Shown: positions 39,135 through 49,276 of the stretch, in pieces
Position numbering within the stretch: position 1 is the stretch's first letter
Layout of the letters: every line of letters begins with the position of its first letter
IMG/VR virus record: IMGVR_UViG_3300030329_005426
Coordinates: 90,114-154,113 of that record
Strand: one strand, 5' to 3'
Source of the DNA: a virus
DNA length: 64,000 nucleotides
Program-made: the position numbers and the translations under genes
The notes under the pieces: model-generated
What the model saw: only the letters and a program-made list of their open reading frames with translations
What the model was told of the DNA's origin: nothing
The model's database searches: none

Positions 39135-39179
39135 ATTGTCTCTCTCATGTGGTAGTATAATTATTATACCACACTTGAA

Positions 39180-39395
39180 TTATAAAGGCCCGCGTTTATT
39201 TCGATCTAGGTCAATTCCATACTTATGGCAGCCAGACAATAAAAAACTGGGTGTCTGGCCCTGGAATCCACCGCCAGTAACGAGATTCTTATGTAGACGT
39301 TTAATCTTTGCAATAGAGCGAGAAGTAGCCACATATTGATCCGTAGCTTCTTCATAGATCCGTGCGTTAGGTCCATGTCGTTTTATCTTATACAT
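39180..39395 (-). CDS. conserved small protein
   Basis: GGFQGQTPSF. Confidence 0.65.
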   Translation of the reverse strand: MYKIKRHGPNARIYEEATDQYVATSRSIAKIKRLHKNLVTGGGFQGQTPSFLLSGCHKYGIDLDRNKRGPL

Positions 39396-40600
39396 CAGTA
39401 ATGGTTCTCCAAGCCGTGGTCTTTCCAAAGTTTGAGAAAGACGCCAGTATCCCATGGCTGCCAATCTCCGTTAAAGTTCCACTCCTCATCAATATCACAT
39501 TCTGCTACACCTTGTCCGCGTGGCGGTCGCTTTGGTGGATGTGTAAGAAATTTAAGAATATTCTCTCGCAACCTTTCATAGCGGTTACTAGGCATCATTT
39601 TAAATTGATCTGGATTATCACAGAAATATTGTAACCATTGTGGGAAACCTCCATTGTCGCCCACTACATCTGGCCAGACATGTCGTAAGCTATCACGCTT
39701 TACTTGACGCCATACAGATTCATCTTGCCAGAAAAGATACAGATGTTCTTTTGTTGGATGTTTTAAGTTGTCCCAATTCTCATCGGGGCATTTAGTATGT
39801 GAATTATTATTCATGGCCCATAATTGACATTCTTCGCTATCGAAGAAGTTATAAAAATTGGCAATTCTAAATCGGGCCATCATGGGAAGCCTAGTAGTAC
39901 ATAACTGCCATTTAATAGCAAAGCCTAGCCACCACGTTAAATCATAATTATTTTCTATATCGACTGGACATTTTTCAACAATAGGCTCATACCATTCACG
40001 ATGATCATCTGGTATACCTTTCCATAAATCAGTTGACCAATGATCAACATTATAATGCCTATCACTGCCGTCCGCAGTATAAACTATTTGATCATGACGA
40101 TACATTTTACTCCCGAAACAAATATCACCTGGATCACCTCCTACCCACATACGATGCAGGCTGTTCTCTTCCATAAAAAGAAACGGTAAGAACGTTACAT
40201 GAAAAATTCTATCAACACGTGGATGGTTTTTAATCATCTCATAAAATTCGGGCCACTCTTCGATAGAGGAATCAGAATAGGTAAGATCGATAGTTTCATC
40301 CGTATACATTAAGAATGCTGCTATGGCTGATGTACTATCCATACCACCAGAGCATGTAACGGTAATTCGTTGATCGTATTCTTTTGCTATGCGAGCTAGT
40401 TCTATTGCGCGTGTGGCACATGTCTCAGTCCACGATGCAGTATATGTTTTCATTTCCGGGATCGGAGAAATAATTTTTTGGTTAAATCCTAGATCAACAG
40501 ATTCTGTTCTATCGAATACACGACCCATACAAACAGGTACGATTTGATCCATAACAAATTCGGGGTACCAACTTAAACGCGGGAAAACATAGCTAGTCAT
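39395..40600 (-). CDS. adenine-nucleotide alpha-hydrolase (asparagine synthase C-domain-like)
   Basis: PP-loop SGGMDS; G..GD..FG. Confidence 0.7.
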   Translation of the reverse strand: MTSYVFPRLSWYPEFVMDQIVPVCMGRVFDRTESVDLGFNQKIISPIPEMKTYTASWTETCATRAIELARIAKEYDQRITVTCSGGMDSTSAIAAFLMYTDETIDLTYSDSSIEEWPEFYEMIKNHPRVDRIFHVTFLPFLFMEENSLHRMWVGGDPGDICFGSKMYRHDQIVYTADGSDRHYNVDHWSTDLWKGIPDDHREWYEPIVEKCPVDIENNYDLTWWLGFAIKWQLCTTRLPMMARFRIANFYNFFDSEECQLWAMNNNSHTKCPDENWDNLKHPTKEHLYLFWQDESVWRQVKRDSLRHVWPDVVGDNGGFPQWLQYFCDNPDQFKMMPSNRYERLRENILKFLTHPPKRPPRGQGVAECDIDEEWNFNGDWQPWDTGVFLKLWKDHGLENHY

Positions 40601-40805
40601 TAGTCGTATCCTTGGCGCGGTTTACTGCTTCATCATAATTAAGCAAAAATTCCGCAACTTTGTCAACTAAATTTGCCTTGTCAGCGTAACTACCGCCAAC
40701 CCATTCTTCATTTTCATATTCCATAATATGAAATTCACCACCTGGTTTTGTAACACCATCAATAGAAGTATCACCGGCCTTAATAACTTCAACGCGTTTT
40801 GTCAT
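40593..40805 (-). CDS. hypothetical protein
   Basis: AGGAG SD. Confidence 0.65.
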   Translation of the reverse strand: MTKRVEVIKAGDTSIDGVTKPGGEFHIMEYENEEWVGGSYADKANLVDKVAEFLLNYDEAVNRAKDTTND

Positions 40806-40815
40806 GTTACTCTCC

Positions 40816-42201
40816 TTATGTCAATAAGCTTGATACATCAGGTTTTTCTCTAGGTAACTGCATTCCAAATTCGGTGTGATCCATTACTGGACCAGCATCA
40901 ACAATATCTGATTGTGCTGATTCTTCTGCATCATACAATCTCATTTTATTTCTATCAACACCGACAACAAATCGCTTATACATAGTTGGGTCGTTATATC
41001 TATTTTTTAGTTGCTTTACCATAAATTGATTTAAGTCTTCTAATTCATCGTTAGTTATGATAGCTACCATAAAATCTGCAGTTGCCGGTAATCCGAAACT
41101 TTCGCTGGTGTCTTCTAGGCCTGGATCACTATTAGTAAATCCTGATCGCGTAGTCTGCGTAGCTGATACAACCGGGACATTCTTCTCTACGGCCAGGCCA
41201 CGCAATTCCTCTGCTATAGCCTTTACATACACATATGTATTAACATTAGCTCCAGGTTTTACCCTTGTTGATGTCGCTATGTTAAGATAATCAATGTATA
41301 TGATATCTGGTTCGAACCGGCGCTTAATTTTTAATTCATTTATAAGATGTCGGAAATGTGCTGCGCCTGCTGATGCTGTAGGATATTCTTTGATAATCAG
41401 TTTACCTGCTGTCATATCCTTGACGCGGTTTACTTTTTTATCATAATCATCTTTGCTTAATCTCACCAAATCTTCTACTGCAACATTTAAGAGATTGGCG
41501 TCAATTCTCTCCGCAATTTTCTCTTCCGCCATCTCAAGGGTAATGTAAAGAACATTTTTACCATCATTAAGATTGCCAGCAGCCATATGACACATAGCCA
41601 AAGACTTCCCAACACCAGTCCCGGCAAGAATAATATTAAGGGATTTTCTAGGCAACCCACCCTTGGTAATCCGATTGAAGTATTCGAGATCGAACGGGAT
41701 CCTTTCTTCTGTGCGGTGGTAGAATTCATAGCGGTCCTCATAATCATCTAAGAAATCATGACCAATGTGAGAATCAAAACTAACAGCAAGAGCGTCGGAT
41801 AAAATGGTGGGTAACTCATGAGTACTCTTATCCTGTGATTTTCCATCAATGATACTAATTGATTCCATAATTGCATTGTATATAGCCTTATCTTTGCAAA
41901 ATGATTCAGTCTTATCTAGAAGCCATTCCTGATCATCTATATCGCTTGTAAATGAGCCTAATATCTTACCAGCGGTTTGATATTCCTCATCTGTAATAGT
42001 GCTATCATTATCTAGTTCAATTACCAAAGCTTCTTTTGTCGGTATATTATTATATGCGGAAAAGAATTCTGAAATCTTCTTAAATAATATACGCTCGATA
42101 TTATCATGAAAATATTCTTCTTTAATAAAAGGGACGGTCTTCCTACAGAAGTCTTCGTCACTCACCAAGTGTGATAATATCTTCGTTTCCAGTCTCACCA
42201 T
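40816..42201 (-). CDS. 41: replicative DNA helicase (T4 gp41)
   Basis: AGTGVGKS, IDYLNI, SESFGLPATAD. Confidence 0.95.
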   Translation of the reverse strand: MVRLETKILSHLVSDEDFCRKTVPFIKEEYFHDNIERILFKKISEFFSAYNNIPTKEALVIELDNDSTITDEEYQTAGKILGSFTSDIDDQEWLLDKTESFCKDKAIYNAIMESISIIDGKSQDKSTHELPTILSDALAVSFDSHIGHDFLDDYEDRYEFYHRTEERIPFDLEYFNRITKGGLPRKSLNIILAGTGVGKSLAMCHMAAGNLNDGKNVLYITLEMAEEKIAERIDANLLNVAVEDLVRLSKDDYDKKVNRVKDMTAGKLIIKEYPTASAGAAHFRHLINELKIKRRFEPDIIYIDYLNIATSTRVKPGANVNTYVYVKAIAEELRGLAVEKNVPVVSATQTTRSGFTNSDPGLEDTSESFGLPATADFMVAIITNDELEDLNQFMVKQLKNRYNDPTMYKRFVVGVDRNKMRLYDAEESAQSDIVDAGPVMDHTEFGMQLPREKPDVSSLLT

Positions 42202-42475
42202 CAAACTCCTGTTCATATTCCAGAATTATAGCCACTAAAATATCTCCTAATAGTTTTTCAAATATAGGAGTATTAAAATTAGTGATAGCAATATCGTTAG
42301 GATTTTCATCGATATCGTATTCAAATTTTAACGTTGCTGATCCATCACCGTTTTCCTCTGGTATATTAACGGTTCGGTAATGGTAAACAATATCTTTAAA
42401 ATCTTCGTGAGAGAGTTTAATCTTAGTAGTATTTACTGAAGATGTGTCGTTAATCAACTCAAAGTGTTGATTCAT
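42158..42475 (-). CDS. T4 gp40-like protein
   Basis: position between uvsX and 41; L.FEY, LGDIL..I. Confidence 0.6.
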   Translation of the reverse strand: MNQHFELINDTSSVNTTKIKLSHEDFKDIVYHYRTVNIPEENGDGSATLKFEYDIDENPNDIAITNFNTPIFEKLLGDILVAIILEYEQEFDGETGNEDIITLGE

Positions 42476-43556
42476 CTCGGCCGATGTCTTCCTCAATGTC
42501 GCCTCCAGCGTTTTCATATTCTCCATCATTTCCAGTGGCATCGTAGAAGTCACCGTACATAAATTCTTTCTGTGCCGCTTCTTCCAGTCTCGCCATAACT
42601 TCTGGAGTGAAGTATTTTTCGGGATCATTGTTAATTGCTTTCCCGAAGATCTTAGATCCGTCAGGAAGTTCGTATCGTGTAGAAACTTTCTTGAATATAT
42701 CATATTTCTCTGCCAAATCAAGCAACCCGAAATATTTATCAAGTCCTTTTTCATACGATAATCGCACTTCAACATCTTTGTTCTCTTTCGAGAATCGAGA
42801 TTTAATCATTCTGCATTTAATAATATTCCCTACCACGTCTTTACCATCCCTGTCTTTCTTCTTAGATAAGAAGCAAATAGACGAAGAAGCATATTTCAAT
42901 CCACTACCACCAGACATTTCTTTTGTAGGAATATACGATCCAATAACTTCGTATACATGATTAGTAACAAGTAATGGAACATTTGCTTTGGCGCATTTCA
43001 ATGAAAGAACTCTGAACGCAGCTTTAATGACCTGCGCTTTAGTCATATCGCGCGTTTCTTTACCTTCCGCGGTATCTTCCATTTCTTTAGTTGTACTTAA
43101 TTGTCCTAAGGAATCTAGAACAAACATCATAGGTGGCTGATCAGCCGAATCCATATAATTGTCCAGAATCTTAATAGCCTGATGGCGAAATTCTTGAATT
43201 GTATGTGGCTCTGAGATTACAACGCGGTTAATATCAATACCACGCGAACTCATCATCCCCCCTGTAACTGCTGCCTCAGTATCAAAATAAAAAACACCAG
43301 CATCGGGATTACTGTTAAGAAAATGCTGAACAATGCCCAGAACAAAAAACGTTTTCCCTGTAGCGCTCTCACCCGAGAAAGCAGTGATTTTATTATTAGG
43401 CACACCCCCATACAAGCTCCCAGAAAGAGCGGCGTTAAGAACATAAGACCCAGTATCAACGCACCCGGAATACTCAGAAGAATTTGAACCGTCAGCCGCA
43501 ACATTTATATTATCGTCGTTCAATTCCTTGACAATATTTTTGAAGAAATCAGACAT
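42459..43556 (-). CDS. uvsX: RecA-like recombinase
   Basis: [23 protein letters not shown]. Confidence 0.93.
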   Translation of the reverse strand: MSDFFKNIVKELNDDNINVAADGSNSSEYSGCVDTGSYVLNAALSGSLYGGVPNNKITAFSGESATGKTFFVLGIVQHFLNSNPDAGVFYFDTEAAVTGGMMSSRGIDINRVVISEPHTIQEFRHQAIKILDNYMDSADQPPMMFVLDSLGQLSTTKEMEDTAEGKETRDMTKAQVIKAAFRVLSLKCAKANVPLLVTNHVYEVIGSYIPTKEMSGGSGLKYASSSICFLSKKKDRDGKDVVGNIIKCRMIKSRFSKENKDVEVRLSYEKGLDKYFGLLDLAEKYDIFKKVSTRYELPDGSKIFGKAINNDPEKYFTPEVMARLEEAAQKEFMYGDFYDATGNDGEYENAGGDIEEDIGRDESTL

Positions 43557-43582
43557 CGTACCTCCAATTTTGAATATAATTT

Positions 43583-43611
43583 ATTATACGCCACTACAAT
43601 TAAATAATCAA
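43583..43611 (-). promoter_or_regulatory. sigma70-type promoter of uvsX
   Basis: TTGATT-N17-TATAAT. Confidence 0.7.
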
Positions 43612-44603
43612 GATCCATCTGTTACTTTGATTTTACTAGTACCAGTGTTCGCTTCATCTTTCCACGTCTGAACCACATATGAAGATGGATCGGAAGATCT
43701 AATTATAATCTCCTTTTCCTTCCATATTTGGGTATTTGCAATAGGGTCCTGTTTAACCTCTACTGCATTACCTTCTTCTTCAGTCGAAATTGTAACGACC
43801 TCCTTTGGTTTAATTTGTTTTTTATTTTTATTACGAGCTCGAGAACGTTTCTTCTTTTCATGTTGCTCACGCAACGTCATATTAGCTGCAATTAAGAGTA
43901 AAACAGCGAGTGGATCAAATACAAAAATAATAACGATAATGACCCAACGAACAGCGCTTTCCAACATAGCGCGGTCTGCTTTTTCTCCATAGAATAATTC
44001 TGCAACATATCTTATAGGCCCTACCTCAGCCTCAATTTTTAACTGTTCCTTTTCAAAGACGGATCTTTGCGTTTGGATTTTTGCAATTCGAGTTGACGCC
44101 TCACTGATAATCTTATTAAGAGTTTCTCGTTCTCCTTGCTGAGATTTCCGCGTCGCAATAGATCCACTAGGCCCTCTGATGCGATCGTAGTCGATAAGAG
44201 TTTGGACTTGTTGATCAAGCTGTTTGATAACTTTATCTGCATCGTTAATCACCCTCTGTTCACGTTTAATTTGATTATCAAGTTGTGTTATCTGTAAACT
44301 GTTATCCCCGCTAACAACTGTCTGATCGATATGAGCTTTACTAAGAAACCCAAAAATACCCATCGACGTTATAAACATTAAAATGATAACAGCGGTCGTT
44401 AAATATGTTTTAAGAATCTTGGGAATTTTAGTCCAATATTGATATAGCCACGATGCTGTGACCAGTTTACCAATTTCTAGTACGCCGCCCATAATAGCAA
44501 TAGGTATTGCTGCTGCAGAGAAGATTGCCATCAACCCTATAATAGAATACCAAGCAGCAACGCCAGAGATTGCTATTGCTACTATAAGTGTAAGAAATCC
44601 CAT
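43608..44603 (-). CDS. membrane protein with coiled coil
   Basis: 3 TM, GIFGFLSKAH, EVGPI.Y, VFDPLA. Confidence 0.75.
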   Translation of the reverse strand: MGFLTLIVAIAISGVAAWYSIIGLMAIFSAAAIPIAIMGGVLEIGKLVTASWLYQYWTKIPKILKTYLTTAVIILMFITSMGIFGFLSKAHIDQTVVSGDNSLQITQLDNQIKREQRVINDADKVIKQLDQQVQTLIDYDRIRGPSGSIATRKSQQGERETLNKIISEASTRIAKIQTQRSVFEKEQLKIEAEVGPIRYVAELFYGEKADRAMLESAVRWVIIVIIFVFDPLAVLLLIAANMTLREQHEKKKRSRARNKNKKQIKPKEVVTISTEEEGNAVEVKQDPIANTQIWKEKEIIIRSSDPSSYVVQTWKDEANTGTSKIKVTDGS

Positions 44604-44606
44604 TGT

Positions 44607-45122
44607 TTACTCCGTTGCCCCGTAATACATAACAGAACTACAAGAAGTTAACATAAACCTTAACAAATGTCCTAGTGGAAGTGTTTTATGTAGATCCATG
44701 CCTGATTCCGCTAAAAATTTTTCTTGTAGATCATATGCTTCTTTTTCGGTTTCTGCACGGCAACCATACTGTTTAGGATAAATCTTATTCTTCCATTGCA
44801 TATAATGCACGAGCTCATGTAAAAGAATAGATTGATCCTTTATATTATCGGGATTCCATTTTGCTGGTAAGTATATTATTTCTTTAATTGTATCATACAA
44901 TGCAAGTGGTTTTAAGATAGCATCTTCTTTATCAATCATCTCATCTGTTGATTTACATACAAAATTATTTTCTTCTGTTATCTTAAGATCACATTCATAT
45001 GCAATACGAACAAGTTGCGCTTGTGTTTTATGTTCGATTTTTGGAGCATCAGGCACTGCCCAACCTGTTGCCTGACTAATCCAAATCATTAATGACATGA
45101 CCAACGTAGTCACGCTATCCAC
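44607..45122 (-). CDS. DUF6647-like HExxH protein
   Basis: LLHELVHYMQ...C...EKEAY. Confidence 0.7.
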   Translation of the reverse strand: MDSVTTLVMSLMIWISQATGWAVPDAPKIEHKTQAQLVRIAYECDLKITEENNFVCKSTDEMIDKEDAILKPLALYDTIKEIIYLPAKWNPDNIKDQSILLHELVHYMQWKNKIYPKQYGCRAETEKEAYDLQEKFLAESGMDLHKTLPLGHLLRFMLTSCSSVMYYGATE

Positions 45123-45522
45123 GCGTAATACTAAGCACTTTTTGCATCTGTTCTTTAATTACTTTTTCACGGTCGGGCCAATAGATATATTCTTTATCAG
45201 ATGTCTTAGATAAATTAACTAATAGCGGCATAATAATTTCTTCAAGTTGTTTTAATTTACCTGATGCTGCTTCTCTTGATTGTGTGATAGCTAATTGAAC
45301 ATTATCATCGTCTTCGGCGCGCTTTTTAGATTGTAAAGTATCAAGCTTATCTTCTAGTGGTTTTAACAATTCTAGCATTGCACGCTTGATATCATTTTCA
45401 TCAAGCGAAGGTGGTGTTTCTTCGTTATCTTTTTGTTGTGCTTTATATGTTGCTTCATCAATAGCACTAAAGCCAAAATCGGCTTTTGAATATTCTTCTG
45501 GTATTTTAAATTCTTCTGCCAT
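45115..45522 (-). CDS. conserved hypothetical protein
   Basis: DFGFSA...I.PLL.NL...KEYIYWP.R. Confidence 0.75.
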   Translation of the reverse strand: MAEEFKIPEEYSKADFGFSAIDEATYKAQQKDNEETPPSLDENDIKRAMLELLKPLEDKLDTLQSKKRAEDDDNVQLAITQSREAASGKLKQLEEIIMPLLVNLSKTSDKEYIYWPDREKVIKEQMQKVLSITRG

Positions 45523-45531
45523 TTGTAACTC

Positions 45532-48045
45532 CTAATCGAAGAGAGTCGCTGTTCTTACAGCCTCCCACCCAATTGCATTTAATATGGTTTTAATCGGCTC
45601 TAGGAACCCTTTTTCAAATTGCATGTCGTAATCAATTTGTTCATGTACCTGAAACTCTTCCGGGAGGGCATCATAGAATGCTATTGTATTTTCACCGACG
45701 AGATTCGGCATCTTTAAATATACAAACTTAATTTTTTCACCCGGATTAATTTTCTGGTACTTATTAGTAAGGGACTTCTCCTCTAGATAATGGTTGTATA
45801 ATAGAGCGCCACGAACATGTATCGGGGTGCCTTTTTTATAAACTGTTCCTGCATCACTATATTTATTAAGTTGCTGGGCGCTCATACCGCGAGGAAACGC
45901 TATATCTTCTAGCGATTCTTTGCGAAATTCGACACGTTTATCAGAAATAAACTTTTGAACCGTTTTTTCATCGGCATCCATAATTAAACGCAAAGCGTCT
46001 CTAATCATCTGTCTGCACGGTTGAGGTGTACTCGATCGTACGGATTCAATGCCCATAATTTTTAGAGAAGGTTCTTTTAACCTAACCCCTTCCATATCAA
46101 GCAGGTTAAGAATGTATCGTTTCTTTCCAGTCCACACTCCTTTATCTGCAATGGCTTCACGAGCCATAAACATTTTTTGATATTTACTATTCGTGTATTC
46201 TTTTAATTCCCCATATGATTTATTTAAAAGAGGAACTAGCTTTTGCTCTGCAACTTTATCAAGGAAGTTAACCGTTTTTTCAATTTCCGGATCATCTCCA
46301 ATAGCTTTAGAAACAAGTTCACTAAGATTAACATAAAGAGAATCGGTATCGATGGCAATGACATAATCTTTATCCTGCCTTTCGAGAACCTTGTTAAGGT
46401 ATTCATTAATTGCCTTTTCCGCCCACCTAATAGTAAGCTGTCCTGTTATAGTAATGCCTTCAGCAATACGTATATCATAATATCTAAAGAATTCATTACT
46501 CATTGCACCATATAAGCTATTCATAAGAATCTTAATAGCCATCTCAGTATTACCAAGTGTAGCAATCTTCTTGTCTAATTTATAAACAGCTTGGCGATCC
46601 TTTTCATCGATCTTTTGCCGCAGCTTCTTAGCTTCCTGAGCCTCTGATTTTGCAACGACACGATCATTATATAATTTGTCTACCATACGAGGAAGTAGGC
46701 CACCATCAGTATTATTAAATAGCTGGCCTGTTGCACACATTACACGACCTTTAGGAATATCAACTCTTTCACGTCGAAGAAGTTCTTCTAAATTTACAGG
46801 CATTCTCTCCCGGACAATAGTTTCCGGCGACATATTATACTGCATAATAATATGAGGGTATAGAGAATTCAAATCAAATGATGTAACCCATTTATGTAAT
46901 CCAATTTGGGGTGTTTTAACATAAGCACCTTCAATCTGTCTTTCTTTAGGCTCATGCCTATCCGGTGGTTCTACGAAGCCTTGTTTTCTTAATTCCTTAC
47001 CGATCAAAGCTTCCCATACCATCACACTGCCAAACGAATCCGCGTAATTAACACCAGCATGATATGCAATAGTCATAGCAATACCAACGAGGCCCATCTT
47101 ATCTTCCATACGGGCGACAAGCTCAACGTCTCGTATATTATATTCAATAAATTTTTGATGATCGTTTTTATAGAGTTCCCATATACTTCCGTGCTCACTA
47201 TAATCAATCTTACGCTCACCGAGAACAACATTTGCAATGGTATCTAAGCGGAAATTCTCTTGGGATGTTCTTCCATATGCAAAAGCAAACTTCTTAAACA
47301 GATCAAGATAATCTAATTGCTGAAACCCTCTTAGCTCTACAACAGGCTCAGGAACACCATATGTTCGCCAATAACCATTTCCCCACGGAGACATCATCAA
47401 CTTATATTCTTCACCAAATACCCTAAGAATTCTGTTATATAGATAAGGCATATCGAAGAAGCGTATGTTCCATCCTGTAACAACCTCAGGAAAATTAGCA
47501 CGCCAATGTTCCAAAAACAAACCGAGTAATTCTTCTTCAGTCTTACATTTTACATATTTAACATCAGTTCTATCGGTTTTAAAATCCCCGTAACCCCAAG
47601 TATAGAAGATATTATCAATATTATTTCTGACGGTAATAGCAGTAACAGGCTGCGCAGCAAATTCAGGTGAAGGAAATCCTTCATCACTCTTTACCTCAAT
47701 ATCAACGTGTGTCACATTAACCAATGATGGATCATAATCACATCCATCGGGAAAATGTTCACCAATCCAACGATTTACATATCTGGTAGAGCCATAAGCA
47801 GGACCCTGATTAGCTACTTGTTTACGCTCTTCAAGCCATTCCCGGCATTTCTTCATCGTACCAGGACTTACAGCTTTAACGTAATGGCCATCAAGAGTTT
47901 TATATGAAGTAGGTTCTTGAGATCGAACCCAATGATTTGGTTTATACCATTCTTTATGTTGAACGGCGCGGCCATTCTTATAGCCACGAACACAGATTTG
48001 TCCGCCTACCGAACAGACATCAGTATAGAAGTCAAAGTCAATCAT
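45532..48045 (-). CDS. 43: DNA polymerase family B (T4 gp43)
   Basis: DIEV exo I, SFDLNSLYPH, KILMNSLYG, DTDS. Confidence 0.97.
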   Translation of the reverse strand: MIDFDFYTDVCSVGGQICVRGYKNGRAVQHKEWYKPNHWVRSQEPTSYKTLDGHYVKAVSPGTMKKCREWLEERKQVANQGPAYGSTRYVNRWIGEHFPDGCDYDPSLVNVTHVDIEVKSDEGFPSPEFAAQPVTAITVRNNIDNIFYTWGYGDFKTDRTDVKYVKCKTEEELLGLFLEHWRANFPEVVTGWNIRFFDMPYLYNRILRVFGEEYKLMMSPWGNGYWRTYGVPEPVVELRGFQQLDYLDLFKKFAFAYGRTSQENFRLDTIANVVLGERKIDYSEHGSIWELYKNDHQKFIEYNIRDVELVARMEDKMGLVGIAMTIAYHAGVNYADSFGSVMVWEALIGKELRKQGFVEPPDRHEPKERQIEGAYVKTPQIGLHKWVTSFDLNSLYPHIIMQYNMSPETIVRERMPVNLEELLRRERVDIPKGRVMCATGQLFNNTDGGLLPRMVDKLYNDRVVAKSEAQEAKKLRQKIDEKDRQAVYKLDKKIATLGNTEMAIKILMNSLYGAMSNEFFRYYDIRIAEGITITGQLTIRWAEKAINEYLNKVLERQDKDYVIAIDTDSLYVNLSELVSKAIGDDPEIEKTVNFLDKVAEQKLVPLLNKSYGELKEYTNSKYQKMFMAREAIADKGVWTGKKRYILNLLDMEGVRLKEPSLKIMGIESVRSSTPQPCRQMIRDALRLIMDADEKTVQKFISDKRVEFRKESLEDIAFPRGMSAQQLNKYSDAGTVYKKGTPIHVRGALLYNHYLEEKSLTNKYQKINPGEKIKFVYLKMPNLVGENTIAFYDALPEEFQVHEQIDYDMQFEKGFLEPIKTILNAIGWEAVRTATLFD

Positions 48046-48051
48046 AATATA

Positions 48052-48080
48052 ATTATACACTCATCCGTGATTAAAATCAA
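48052..48080 (-). promoter_or_regulatory. sigma70-type promoter of gene 43
   Basis: TTGATT-N17-TATAAT, 6 nt from ATG. Confidence 0.65.
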
Positions 48081-48084
48081 GACC

Positions 48085-48390
48085 TTAAATGCCGAAACTA
48101 TCTCCACACCCACAACTTGAGCTAGCAGTGGGATTTTTAACGGCCAAGAAAGAGCCGCCCAATTCTGTTACGTAATCAATAACGCTACCGATTACATATA
48201 ATTCAGCCATTGGATCTAAAACCAATACATCATCTATTGGTTCAGACCATTTAACATCTGGCCATTCGTCAGCAAAAGACCAAACGTATTGAAAGCCGGA
48301 GCAACCGCCGCCTTTAACTCCTAACGAGACAAGGCGGCCGTCACCAACTTTTTTAAGATATTCCTTTGCTTGTTCAGTAACAGTAATCAT
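48085..48390 (-). CDS. iscA: Fe-S cluster carrier, HesB/IscA family
   Basis: GGGCSGFQY, CGCGDSF. Confidence 0.9.
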   Translation of the reverse strand: MITVTEQAKEYLKKVGDGRLVSLGVKGGGCSGFQYVWSFADEWPDVKWSEPIDDVLVLDPMAELYVIGSVIDYVTELGGSFLAVKNPTASSSCGCGDSFGI

Positions 48391-48479
48391 TCACAATGCT
48401 CGCAAGGTATTTCTTCGGTACATATACAATCAACGCAATCGCATGATTCTTGATTTTTACATTGTTCATTTGAACACAT
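48387..48479 (-). CDS. metallothionein-like Cys-rich peptide (30 aa, not in ORF track)
   Basis: MCSNEQCKNQESCDCVDCICTEEIPCEHCE; GGAG SD; ATGA overlap with iscA. Confidence 0.7.
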   Translation of the reverse strand: MCSNEQCKNQESCDCVDCICTEEIPCEHCE

Positions 48480-48630
48480 CGTAGTTCTCCGATTCCATTG
48501 CTCTATGCCAGTATCTTTTTATAATTGATTCAACCTGTTCTGCATCATAGTGATCTGGCAGGGGTTTATTTTTAATCTTTAGCCAAATTATATTGGCTAT
48601 ACTTCTATCGAAATCTGTTGATTCTCCCAT
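48466..48630 (-). CDS. hypothetical 54-aa protein (not in ORF track)
   Basis: MGESTDFDRSIANIIWLKIK..., fills gap. Confidence 0.55.
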   Translation of the reverse strand: MGESTDFDRSIANIIWLKIKNKPLPDHYDAEQVESIIKRYWHRAMESENYDVFK

Positions 48631-49276
48631 TAGATTTAACTAGCCAAGCTTCAAAAGATACCGCAGGATATTGTTTTTGCAACGCCAAAAATGATCTAAG
48701 GTTGTCTTTGCTGTCGTCATAAAGCCGCATCCTTTTATATTCACCCGATTTCAGGTACTTGTGAAAAATAAAACGCTTGTTTTTAGCAGCGCTCCCCAAA
48801 TTTAAATTACCTGCACGTTCCACATACGTCTTATCAATATCTATTCCTTGATTCCTAAAGGTTTGAAGGAATACTTCTTTTTTATCGAAATTAGCACGTG
48901 CTGTTACTACTATAACTTTTGACCCGGCACGCGTAGCATTTTTTAAAACTGCTTTCATTTTATCGATCATACGGCCGATAGGCGTGGCCGTCTTTGCAAA
49001 AATTTCGGCATTTTTAAAATTAGCATAATCAAACGATTCGCCGGATTTCAGTTTATATGTATTATATTCGACACTTGTAAGTTCATGTACAAGTTTATCG
49101 TCTTTCATAACTTTAACTTTTGCGTTAGTATGAAATAACGTATCATCAATATCGAATATAGTTAGGCCTTTACCTTCCGCTTCAGCAATAAATTCAGCGT
49201 ACGGTTTCCAACCTAAGCCAGTGCTTCGACTCGATCTCGTAATCTCTGTGCTCGTTTGGTAACTTGGTTGTACCAT
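48605..49276 (-). CDS. HAD-family phosphatase with capsid-targeting-like N-terminus
   Basis: FDIDDTL, VTAR, LYDD; KPYAEFIAE; start uncertain. Confidence 0.8.
   Translation of the reverse strand: MVQPSYQTSTEITRSSRSTGLGWKPYAEFIAEAEGKGLTIFDIDDTLFHTNAKVKVMKDDKLVHELTSVEYNTYKLKSGESFDYANFKNAEIFAKTATPIGRMIDKMKAVLKNATRAGSKVIVVTARANFDKKEVFLQTFRNQGIDIDKTYVERAGNLNLGSAAKNKRFIFHKYLKSGEYKRMRLYDDSKDNLRSFLALQKQYPAVSFEAWLVKSNGRINRFR

Noticed and set aside
42476-42775. N-terminal extension of the 205-aa ORF
   Set aside because: Overlaps uvsX in another frame; real start is likely 42475.
45532-48045. Inteins or introns in gp43, gp41, nrdA, nrdB
   Set aside because: Lengths and motif spacing are normal.
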